From positions 21,082,001 to 21,146,000 of the forward strand of contig NC_087252.1 in the NCBI RefSeq assembly GCF_037042905.1: a stretch of DNA of 64,000 nucleotides, read 5' to 3'. The number at the start of each line of letters is the position of its first letter. Within the stretch, counting starts at the first letter, position 1. Position numbers and translations under genes: made by a program. Origin of the DNA: Lytechinus pictus. Its lineage: Eukaryota. Of this stretch, positions 52,195 to 64,000 are shown one piece after another. The notes under the pieces are model-generated. The model made no database searches and was not told where the DNA came from. It was given only the letters and a program-made list of their open reading frames with translations.

Positions 52195-53048
52195 AGGATG
52201 GGGATGGTGATGATGATGGTGGTGGTGTTTGAGATGATGATAGTGATGATGGTGATGGTGGTGGTGGTGATGATGATGAAGGTGATGATAGTGATTTTGA
52301 TGATGGTATTGATGATGTTACTGATGACAGTGATGATCATGATGAAGATGATTATGGTAATGGTGATGATGACGGTGATGATGAGGATTAGGGGTGGTGA
52401 TAAAGATGGTGATGATGATGGTGATTGTAATGGTGATGGTGATGATCGTGAAGATGATGATTATGGTGAGGATAATGGTGATGATGATGGTGATGATGAT
52501 GGTGATGATGACGATGACTGTTTTGTTATGATGGTGATGACGATGATGGTGATGATGATGACAATGACTGTGTTTGTGATGATGGTGATGATGATGACAA
52601 TGACTGTGTTTGTGATGATGGTGATGATGACAATGACTGTGTTTGTGATCACAAACACAGTCATTGTCATCATCACCATCAATGATGGTGATGATGATGA
52701 CAATGACTGTGTTTGTGATGATGGTGATGATGATGACAATGACTTTGTTTGTGATGATGATGACAATGACTGTGTTTGTGATGATGGTGATTCTGATGAA
52801 GGTGGTGATAATGTGATTAAATTATGATGATGGTGGCAGTGGTGGTGATGATGATGATGATGATAATGGTGATGGGGACAAAAATGAAGATGATGAATAT
52901 AGTGATGATGATAGTGACAATGGTGATGATGGTGGTGGTGATGATGGTAATCATGCTGCTGCTGCTGATGATAAGAATGATGATGTTGATGATAATGGTG
53001 GTGGTGCTGCTGAGTATGATGATGATGGTGGTGTTAAAATGGTGATGG
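52195..53048. repeat. (GAT/GGT)n low-complexity tract with a higher-order GACAATGACTGTGTTTGT unit
   Basis: Directly visible; it produces spurious M/V/D-rich ORFs. Confidence 0.95.
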
Positions 53049-54787
53049 CACGGGACGGGTTGAGAGTCATATGAAAAAGATAATATTATCATTATCAACT
53101 ATTAAATGTACATGTACCTTGTATGTCTAAAACATAAAGGGGAGAAAAGAATGTTTCCCTCTTCCGGTACACCATGGATACCACTCTCCCTTCAAGCATA
53201 AAACTACTTTTTTTTTTCTAAACCTCATTTTATCGAATCCAAACATTAACACGAAATCTAAAAAGGTTATTTAGAGTTTTCTTTCTTAAAATGTTATCGT
53301 AATGGCTTCAATTCAGATTGGAGACAATAAACATAGCAGCATGACTCATGTGCCATTAGGCCGAGTCTACCTCCACCTGCAAAACAAGTTGCTACGGTAA
53401 CTGATGTTGCATCTGTATGGACTGTTTAGCGAGAACGAGAGCATACATAATGGGCAATTGCTGCTCAGAAAATGTCACACACGTACTGTGCACATAGGCA
53501 TGCCACTCTCTCTCCCCCCCTCTCTCTCTCTCTCTGTGTGACTAATTGTCTGTCTGTCTGTCTCTTTCCAAATATGACTACTTCTCATGATCTCATCAAA
53601 TTCTAAGTCCCACGATATGAATTTAAACCACTCTTCTATGGTATGCTGGGCTTCACAACATTTCTTCCACATTCATGGCAATTAAATGTATATACACATA
53701 TATTAATTCATTAAAATTCATATTTTATGTATTTTCATATTCTACCCATTTCATGAATCAATTTTTTTTTTTTGACAACTTTTTGCAGCACGATAGGATT
53801 AAGTTTTAATTGGTGAATACGTTGACAATTGGCACTCCATAAAAGTGTGGTCTAAACTCTAAGTTAATCCATGTTTAACTAAACCATGGCTATTAGAATA
53901 CCACCTACGGTGTTTAATGTAATTTGGAAGAAAAGTATCCTTTATGAAACCTGCTGTATTTTCATTAAAAACAGTAAAAAATACTGCAAAAGGGAACAAT
54001 TGGCATCTCTATGGAGGGTATGCAAGGAGAAAAGCCTACATTAATAGCCTCAGGCTATTACATATGAGGTTTAATATCTCGTATGAATGTTGAATGGTAC
54101 ATGTACATCACAATATCCTCATATTCAGTGCACATGGCAGGCCATTCTGCCTAACTACTGCTAACGCACAGTCATCCGTGATGAACTGCTTTAAGGCCAA
54201 CGGGTCGCATAATATAGGACGTCTCGGGCGACGGGAAACGCAGTACGACGGGAGCGTCGCCATCTTCCATCAAACGGCATGAATTTATCATGAGTTTGAC
54301 GTTAGTCTTCACGCGCAGGAAGTGTGAAGTTGTTTGTTTGCTTGTGCAAGACTGATGCAGGCCATATTTCAAACATCATCTCTTTGAGTCTGGTTCTCTG
54401 AGACTAAGTGCTGTCCGCCTCCATCGCTGTACGCATATCACAAAAGCCCGAAGGGAACTCACTTTATTGCGCATGAAAGATTGGTTGAGCGTCTATGCTT
54501 CTCTATTGGAGACCCGTCGCGAAGGCTCGAGTATTTCCTTATCACCTCCCAGTGTCTCTCTTTGCTTCTTTCCAATCTTTATCAGCTCAATCCTATATTT
54601 TCATCTCGCCCCCTCTTCTCTCTCCCTTTCAATATATATTTTCATATTTCTTGCATTCAATTTCATACCACTTTCTCACCTTACAGAAAGCTACCCCGCC
54701 CCCCCCCCCCACACTTGCCAAACTTCTATCTTATCATTATGTTTGATCTTTAAACATGTATTTCTTTCTCTAAATTTCTCACTCACA

Positions 54788-55330
54788 TATGGAAGCTTCA
54801 AAGTGCCACCCAGATGTTCATATAATCATCTCGTCATGTCTACATCTCTTAGGGAAAAGGATAAGATAACAAGATCTTGGATCTCTTCATGTCTACATCC
54901 CATGTGAGAGATGATCAGATGACAAGATCTTGGATCTTGTCATGTTTACATCTTATAGAAGAGATGATCAGATGGCAAGATCTCGGATCTTGTCATGTCT
55001 ACATCCAGTGGGAGAGATGATCAGATGGCAAGATCTCGGATCCAAGATCTTGCAATCCAATCATCTCTTCTAAAAGATGTAGACATGACGAGATCCAAGA
55101 TCTTGTCATCTGATCATCTCTCACATGGGATGTAGACATGACGAGATCCAAGATCTTGCCATCTAATCATCTCTTCTAAAAGATGTAGACATGACGAGAT
55201 CCAAGATCTTGTCATCTTATCCTTTTCCCTAAGAGATGTAGACATGACGAGATCCGAGATCTTGTCATCTTATCCTTTTCCCTAAGAGATGTAGACATGA
55301 ACATCTGGGTGGCACTTTTAAACTTCCATA
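54788..55330. mobile_element. Foldback element built from inverted arrays of a 53-bp unit
   Basis: TIR TATGGAAGCTTCAAAGTGCCACCCAGATGTTCAT / ATGAACATCTGGGTGGCACTTTTAAACTTCCATA. GAGATGATCAG recurs at 54908, 54961 and 55014, and its complement recurs in the right half. Confidence 0.85.
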
Positions 55331-55640
55331 CTCACCCTTTTTCTTTCCCTCTTCTTATTTCTTGTTTGACCCTTACCCTCGTTGTGTTATCCTTACATGT
55401 ACCCTCACCATCTATTTATCTATAGACCTCTCTAAATTGTAATTTCTTCATTTCCACCCCCCCCCCATCTCTCCTCACTCACATATTCACCCTCCCCACA
55501 TTAATTGTTTCTCTCTTCTTCTCTTTAGCATCCCTTCTCAATCTCATGATCTAATTCATCTCTCTTTTTATATTTCTTTTTTTCTTTCCTTCCTTCCTTC
55601 TTTCTTTCTTCCTCCCTCTCTCCCTCTGTCCCTCCCTTCC

Positions 55641-55680
<40 letters not shown>

Positions 55681-56064
55681 GTACTCTCTCCATACCATCT
55701 ACCTTGCGGCGGCACACCTCTCACAGTCAAACCCACCTTGCAGGCCCCTCCTCTAACGAACCCCAGCTCCAGACTGCGTATAAAACAAACACGTAATTGC
55801 CCGGTAGTCATCCTTCTGTATTAAAGAATTTCTTATCTGGGGATTTACACTTGGTGAATTATTGCAATAGTTCGCTATATCCCAATTCAATTCCAAGATA
55901 CTTAGCCTGAAACACAGCAGTAGAAGAAATGTCAAGTTTTTTCATTTCTTCATCCAATTGAAATGGTGTGTAAGTTTACAGAGAGCTTTTGGAAACAATC
56001 CTGCATTGGCTCTTACATGTAGTTCCAACAAGCAATATGTACTGCAAAATAGTAATCAACTTAA

Positions 56065-56460
56065 AGATAAATTCCAGTTCTGGTAACGATCTCAAAATGA
56101 CTTTTTACAGAATCTAATATAATGACCACCCAAGTGTCTGTTTGTATGAATAAAAAATATGTGCCATGAAGGATTCTGGAAGAAATTGTGTAATTGCTGG
56201 GAAATAAGCAATATAAGCGCGGATTCGGTCACTTCCGTCGGGTCTTTATTCCAGCAATAATAATACACTGTCCAACGTGTGCCTATCTGTGTTGGCGATC
56301 TTCAGTGTGATCGTTTTTTAGCTAGATATTATGATTTCACAAAGTTCAGTTTATGTAACTGTACCAGATCTAGATCCACAATGATATATCAATACTTTAC
56401 CTTGGTTTTACAGACTTTCTCACGAAATCAGTTTTTTACTGCAACTACGTTCATTTAGCT
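56065..56460 (+). mobile_element. TTAA-TSD MITE, roughly 395-bp family
   Basis: ttaa|AGATAAATTCCAGTT ... CATTTAGCT|ttaa; very similar to 60044-60440. Confidence 0.9.
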
Positions 56461-56717
56461 TTAAAATCAATTCCCCCAGATTTACCCAAGATATGTAATA
56501 GACCACTACTTTCAAAGTCTAACTAAAATAGTGCATAATACCAATATAGTTTTTTAATACACATCTAGTTCAGGGAGCAAATAACATAAACACATATTGC
56601 AAATGTTACGCTGCTCATCAAAGTACGAATAGCAATAAATGCATTTGCAATATTCACAGATATTTAGTAAAATATTAATATGAAGAATTACCCTCACTAT
56701 ACTTGAGGTTGGGTATG

Positions 56718-56919
56718 CACAGTAAAAACGGTGTTTAAAATTATTATACAACACTGTTTACTATCAAGTGTTCAAAACCTTGAACAACCATGAACAAAGT
56801 TTAATTTTTAATATTTGATCTTCAATAAATTAAGCACACATAAACTTAAGCACTACTGTTAATTTCACATAGCAAAAAGATTTAAGATTGTTTAAATCTT
56901 AAACGGCGTTTTTACTGTG
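56718..56919. mobile_element. CAC..GTG MITE (EnSpm-like)
   Basis: TIR CACAGTAAAAACGGTGTTTAA / TTAAACGGCGTTTTTACTGTG. Confidence 0.75.
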
Positions 56920-58254
56920 TATCCACAATTCATGAGAGTACATAAAATGTAATTAGGCAATTTAGGAAAAAAAAATTGATGCAGAAATAAGTGATACAAT
57001 GTTCATGTATGTATTCAATCAGACGTGCCAAAAAGGGTTAAATTGTTTTCTGTTATTCAAAATAGATCCTTCTGATCGAGGTCTTTAGAGGAATATCCAT
57101 GAGTGTTTAGTCCGCTACCTTGCTCTTTTGGTCTACTTTCACCGCATCTTCTATTCTATTTTTTTTCAATTCAAATTCTATAATTATTTTCTCCCTCCAC
57201 AAAGACAAATTTTCATAATTGGATGGAGGAAATGGAGTGCCTATTATCTGCTAATTACTAATCCCGAGGAAGAAATTGTTTTTTGGTCGATTTCTATAAT
57301 TGAGGGGATGCGTCGGAATCATTTCATCATATGCTGGAAGAATAAATACATGCCTGGACTACATGAAATTACAGAAAGTCTTTACTAGTGCAATTACTTT
57401 GTGTCTGACCACGAATTTCATCTCATCTGTTTATTTTATTCATAGGATTTTGTAATTTTTTACTGAAAAACATTAAAGGTCAAGTCCACCACATCCAAAA
57501 GTTGAGTTGAATGAATGGAGAACTGAAAATTTCACCAAAATCGGATGTGAAATACGGAACTGAAAGTTGTGTCATATTCAAGTTTCGCTGACTTTCATCA
57601 AAACAGGGATAGGCTCCTCGTACGTGATTTGCAAATGAGGAAGCCTATGCTATGAAGTAACATGCTCACTATATCTTTTTTGTTAAATAATTTGATGTAT
57701 CAAATATTTCCATACTTCCATTTTTGCACCGATAATGTACTACATGTAAAACTTGGTTTGATTCCACATAGAACTGGATATCAATATTGATTTAAACTGA
57801 AAAGCTTCTTTATCTATAATTTACTTCACCTGGGTCGAGAGCAGAACATTGTGGATGAATTTCTTGCTGAAAGAAATTAAGAACAAGAGGACTTGAAATA
57901 GTGATACAAATAGAATCTAAAACCAAATGATAACAGAGGAAAACTCTGGGAAGTAAACAAACTGTCCAAGGCTTTATATGACAAGTAAAGGAGTTACATT
58001 AACTTTCATTTTATTCATTTTTGTTATTCTTTGCCTACAGTATATTTTCTTCTCCTTTTAATGTAAGTGTGCCTGTAACCCAATCCTGCCAATTGATCTT
58101 ACTTTATTCAGTTAGTCAAACTTTAGATTATTATGACTGATGTGATGGATGAATTCGCCCAAGGTCCTCTTTTAAAACCCAAAAGTCAACAAACTATTTG
58201 TATACATGACTTCACAGTCTGCTGGTTCCATTCGTTCAGACGATAAATTGCCAC

Positions 58255-58545
58255 CTGGTCTACACCCATTTGGTCTACTTACCGTTTGAACTAATTGCAA
58301 ATTATTGAATTTTGTCTACAACCAGTTTGTCTATCTATCATTTGGTCTAATTGCAAATTATTGCATTTCGTCTACAACCAGTTCGTTTACTTGCCATTTG
58401 GTTAGAACTGTAAATTAGTCTATTTCGTCTACAACCATTTCATCTATCTACATGTACCATTTGGTCTAACTCTAAATCATTCCATTTCGTCTACAACCAG
58501 TTCGTCTATTTACCAATTGGTCTAAATGAAAATTAGTCCATTTAC
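58255..58545. repeat. Tandem repeat of about 55 bp (5 units), probably a transposon subterminal array
   Basis: CATTTGGTCTAA..GCAAATTA...TTTCGTCTACAACCA is repeated. Inverted AGACCAA motifs occur at about 58900-59020, and a CAGAGCTGCCAACC hAT-like end sits at 58581. Confidence 0.75.
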
Positions 58546-60043
58546 TATATTTTTTCTACTTTCCAGTTTTAGGCATTAGGCAGAGCTGCCAACCTTAACA
58601 AGATCATTTCAGGTTTTTTTAAGTTGAAAATCAGTATTATGGTGAGGAAATTAGTATTTTCTAAGAAATACCATAGGACAATGTTCAAATAAAACTGAAA
58701 CTTTTATGAAACTGTCTGTATCATTCTCATTTTTTAATACTAATTACTGAAAATCAGTACTTCTCTGCAGATCTGTTTCTTAGGCCTATATCTACATACA
58801 TGTACATGTTTTGTTTATTAAATGGCTGTTTATCAATTGCTGTATTAAGTGTTCATGAACCAAGTTTTCATTTGACGAGGTAAAAAAATAATAAAATAAT
58901 AAGTAGACAATGTGAGACCAACTGGGTATAAGAATTATGACAATTGGACTAAAAGTGGGCATAAGACCAAGTGCAAAGACCAAACAACAAATAGCCCAAA
59001 TTGATAGCAGACCAAATGGGTTTAGCCCGAGTTGTTATTGACTATCTGTTTAGAGTCTAGTCCTCCTGAATATAAGCCAAGCTGCATACCATTCATGTAC
59101 ATACACAATGTACAGGAATAGCTCAAATGTTGAATAACTGTCGTATTTTTGTGAACAGACATTTTGGTACACATGAATACATTTCAAACTGCCCCAAGGG
59201 AGTGATCATCGAAGGAAAAACAAATAATCCTTTTTGTTTGTCACTGCACAACTACATGTAGTAACATGTCAATCATACCGCATGTATCTAGGGTTGTTAA
59301 AAATCCCTTTACTTTTGGCATTTTGCAATTTTATCTGACAAAATGAAATGTAACTGCTTGTGGCTATTTTATCATGTAGGAATAATGAATATACATGTAC
59401 AGGGATGACATTTACAATTGTTGATGAAGAAAGACCAGAAATTGAAGTCTTTCATAAGCCATTTTGTACACAAAGAAATGTGCTTTCCAGGTCCGGAAAA
59501 TATTAAACAATAAAGTCTCAAAAGTGGCATCATTGTTTATTATTTTGTATCTTATGGTTCAAGTCACCACATTTTACATTACCTTATTATAGAATATTTT
59601 TACACTAAAACTAGCCTACATTTTACGCGTACATGTACCATGGTGTTATTTGAGCCACTATTTCATGTCTACACTACATGTACACCTGTACAATAATGCA
59701 TTTATAAAGGAAAGATGAAAAGTCTGAGCAGGTAATCACAAAATCAAGGAGTACTTTAAAAGCCTCTGAAATAGCCTCAACAAGTACATGTATGCACAAG
59801 TTTGATTTAAACCACTGTCATCTCTACAACCATTGATTCTTCAATTACAACATATGATGTAATTGCTTGCAATGGGTGATTGGGTACCAAATGATGCAGG
59901 GGTATGGGGGAACAATCTCTCAAAAAGTTTTTCTTTCTTTCTTGTTTCCAAAGAACATTCTTTATTCTGCTTCATTGGTTCTTGATGATCTGACAATGAG
60001 AGGCCATTTTAAAGGCTAATATAATGATTGATGGGAGAATTAA

Positions 60044-60440
60044 AGATAAATCCCAGTTGTGGGAACGATCTCAAAATGACTTTTTACAGAATTTAACATA
60101 ATGATCACCAAAGTGTCTGTTTGTATGAATAAAAAATATGTGCCAAAGGATTCTGGAAGAAATTGTGTAATTGCTGAGAAATAAGCAAAATAAGCGCGGA
60201 TTCTGTCACTTCCGTCAGGTCTTTATTCCAGCAATAATAATACACTGTCCCACGTGTGCCTATCTGTGTTGGCGGTCTTCAGTGTGATCGTTTTTTAGCT
60301 TAGATATTATGATTTCACAAAGTTCAGTTTAAATGTAACTGTACCAGATCTAGATTCACGATGATATAGTAATACTTAACCTTGGTTTTACAGACTTTCT
60401 CATGAAATCAGTATTTTACTGCAACTACTGTCATTTAGCT
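60044..60440 (+). mobile_element. TTAA-TSD MITE, roughly 395-bp family
   Basis: ttaa|AGATAAATCCCAGTT ... CATTTAGCT|ttaa. Confidence 0.9.
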
Positions 60441-63400
60441 TTAAGCCAGGCTCTAACAGACTGTACATGTACTGTAGAGTAGACACACAGGCCCGTATTC
60501 TTCTCAAGTCGCGTTTAATTTAAATTCTGGTCCAAATTTGTGGTTTGACTATTGATAGCCAGTTGTTACATATAAAGTCGATCTTCCATTCTTACTCTCT
60601 TTAAATCTGATAAATTTATATACATGTATATATATACATTGACTGTACATGTAGTATTCCAAAGAGAATAATATCATATACATGTTAATATATACATGAA
60701 TAAAATAATATCATATACTATAATCGAGTGAAAGAACCATAAAGACACTTAGTACTTTTATTTTCATGAAAAAAAATAAGAGTAGAAGTTCATTGATATT
60801 TACGCATAATTAGTATATTATCCATCAAGCCCAGGGAATCAATCCTGAATTGGATGGATGTCACGGGGCACTGGGCAAATATGATTACTTCTCCTCCTCA
60901 TTTGCATATATGATTAATTGAAGAATAGATCGATAACGTGCATAAGGCCGCCACCTGCTCCTTTCATATATCAGCCTTGTGTGTACATGTATATGAGTGC
61001 AGTGCAAATACAAAATATATATACATGTATCTGCATCAGACTTGGAGATACCATATTGCACTTTTCACATAATATACACAAACAGGAATATTATTAAAAA
61101 TGCACATGTATGATTTTTCACACTGTATATTAAAACCTCTATTGAAAATTTTTAAAGACTTTGACAGAGAGCAATGGGGTTTGTAACATATACATGTACA
61201 TGTAGGCCTTACATTGATGGCTGTTCTGTATGTGGATATATCTAGCTCTCTATACATGAAGCAAACGGGCTCATAATAAAAGTGTATGAAAATGATAAAA
61301 TGTAAAGTGATGCATATTTTTCTCACCAATAACTTTTGATAAACCTATGCTGAAAATAGAATCCCAAAATACAAAGGATGTGCAGCAAAATAAAAGCCTG
61401 GAAAATTATTCATCATCTACAAATTATATCCAGACCAACTCCCTGGCTTTACATAAATAGAATTATCATTTTTCATTTACCAAACAACCTTTTTAAAAAT
61501 GATGATATACATGCAAAACTAAAAAGCATCTTTCATCATCTGAACCTTTTTAGAAATAGGGACAATCAAGGTAAAATAAGAAAGATACAAAAAGGGGGAA
61601 AAAAACCTTCCCCAATTCTGCGGCCAAGGCCCTCTGGAAACGAGCACTCAGAATAATGTTAATATCATGCATGTTCAGCGTGTGTCTGTCAAGTGTCTGT
61701 GCCTATAACCATGGACCTACTAGTACTCTTAGGCCAAGATGCAGCACAGCAGAAAAAAATAAATTGGCTTAAAAGCTAAATGCGACATGGAAAAGACATA
61801 TCATGAATAAAAAGGCCATTCTGGCACACTTCGAGAGGGTGATGAAAGCACTCATTGAATTAAGATTGATGCAAGTAAAAAGTCTTATAAATCCTCCCTA
61901 GCCCCCCATAATTATTTTCTTTAAATAACAAAAGTTGAAAAGTAAACTAAGGCAAACCATAAATATAAATAAACCATTTCAAAGCATTTTCTATTTGGGC
62001 AGTATGTGGTCCTTTTTGGGGGGTTGCATGATTTATTTAAGAACCACAGTTTATCATAATATAGTTCATTAAATTGGCATAAATCACACCTTTTCCCTGG
62101 CTTATTGTACACATCCATGTATCATTTTGCCACATCTCATATTTGTGTTGTTACAAATTATCAATCAAGTAAAAAGATGGCAAATCGTTGTAAAAAAAAT
62201 TGTTACTTCCAAGCATCAAATGCAAACTTCAGAAAACAAATTTTGTGTACTTTTTAGTTTTATTTTACCTGGGATGTTTTTAATATAATTACTTCTTCTT
62301 TTTCTATTACCATTTCAATTTTTTTCCTCAAGTTATTCATCTATCATATTTCATTGCAATTTCTTCCTGGTTTTATCTCTCAGATAACCATTTTATGTCT
62401 GAATCAGAGTCTGACCGCATCAAGAAAAAAAACTACAAAATATGGAATAGACATCCCGAAGGTTTCTGCTTATTACTGGTACTACAAACCAACTTATGTA
62501 ACTACCTGTTCTCTCATATTTCATGCGCTTTTATTCAATTGACACAATGGCTGAGTTACCCGAGTATGAGTCATGCAAACCAACTTAATATCATCAGTCA
62601 TGCAAACATGTTAAATCCCTGCTTCCAAAGTCCGTTAAAAAGTAAAAGTACACCTGAGGCGTGTCTGGGAAGCCTGTGAAAGGCTTGGCGAGACTGAAGG
62701 GAAAGGGATTTTATACCACAGCGCCATATTGGAGATTGATGATTATCGTTGGGAGCCATTCTCCGATACAGGTGGAATAGAATGAGTAAAAGCGGTGCTT
62801 ACAGCCATGGACTTTCAAATAAAATAGTCCTAGGAAACATGATGACTTGGATGTGGACAGTTAGTTGAGAATGTCTTATATTTTCGGCAAATTTTCTGGG
62901 ACCATTTTATTTGAAAGCTTGTGGTTATGAGCAATGCTCAATGCTCAATGATCCGCTCACGGCAAAAACTGTTGAGTCAATCGGTGTGTACACGTTGAGG
63001 ACCATATCAGTGCAAATCATGTTATTACCAATGCTGAATTTTCCCCTTTGTTTTGCATGTAATTTCATTTTTTAACGATAATTTTTGTTGTATTATGATA
63101 TACAAACATTATGATACAAACAACTTTTTTTTGGGGGGGGCTCTAATATTCTGGGCTATAGCAATGCAAGAAGCATTTTCAATGAGAAGTCAATCGGCCC
63201 CCATTTGAGACAGAAAAGGTTGTTTAAATCTGGAATATCTCATTAACCTTTCAGAAATGGCAACCGAAGAAACCATTTGAGAATGATCCCAGACAATTTG
63301 TCAGACAAATCTTGCAAAGGCCTCACATGAAAGGCTTCCCTGGCAACAAACGACTTAGCTTGAATCACATTTAATCCCATCCCATATTATAGAAGAAAGA

Positions 63401-64000
63401 GACTTGACGCAAAATTTTCTTTAATGATACAAATGTCACCATGGCAACAGAGTATACATTATAATGTACAACAATGCATAAACCTTGGCTTTGAAAAAAT
63501 GATTTCAGTATAAAACAGTTCTGATTGTCAAAATGTGTGCAAAGTTTAATAATTATCATCTACATGTGGTTATCATCCAAAATGTATGAATTTCTTTGCT
63601 TTATTACTAGGAAAAGTCTTCTGTCTGTCAGAGGCCTTTTGTCCATATATACCAATTTACATCAAACTATATATATAAAAAAAACAGTTAATGATGATCA
63701 TCTTTCCTTGTATATGTAGTAAGAATACAAATGAGTCAAGGGGCTTTGGTATTAAAAAAGAAAAGAAGATTAAAATGATGACCATCTAAAAAACCTTGGG
63801 AGTGGAGCTTTTTAGGTTGAATGTCTCTCACGTCAATTGGTCTAGATTTAACAATTTAATACATTTTAATCTTTGGAATCAAGAGGAGAATACAAAGCAA
63901 ATGCAGAAAAGTTTAAATGCTACTATTGTGGTCAGCATGTTTAGCCTTCGGGATAAGAGGACTTCGGAATACAAATCAGGTTTTATATAGAAGGTAGAAT

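Noticed and set aside
52162..52827. 221-aa ORF rich in M, V and D
   Set aside because: It is a translation of the (GAT)n tract; similar low-complexity ORFs occur on both strands.
62797..62815. Minus-strand CCATGGCT|GTAAG as a possible APP exon 1
   Set aside because: It would encode only Met-Ala with no signal peptide. I could not identify exon 1 or exon 3 (expected to begin VYP-like) in this window.

Overview
AT-rich eukaryotic DNA from an invertebrate deuterostome; the repeat complement looks sea-urchin-like, which is my inference. Only one host coding segment is recognisable: a 171-bp, phase 0-0 exon on the minus strand (27672-27842) encoding the start of the growth-factor-like (E1/GFLD) domain of an amyloid precursor protein (APP-family) gene. 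It corresponds to human APP exon 2 but lacks both cysteines of the first disulfide. The window is therefore most likely APP intron 1 (right of the exon) and intron 2 (left of it). The introns hold a 5'-truncated, frameshifted CR1 LINE, tRNA-headed SINEs with L2-like tails and many non-autonomous DNA transposons (TTAA/Kolobok-like, PIF/Harbinger-like, CAC..GTG EnSpm-like, hAT-like and 9-bp-TSD foldbacks). They also hold minisatellites, microsatellites and a near-identical 2.6-kb tandem duplication beside the exon. The octamer TACATGTA is strongly over-represented, and paired repeat copies show it arises by CATGTA insertion at TA sites, the form of a transposon excision footprint. I found no prokaryotic genes, CRISPR array or new multi-gene system. 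All superfamily and homology assignments come from termini, TSDs and remembered motifs, not database searches.
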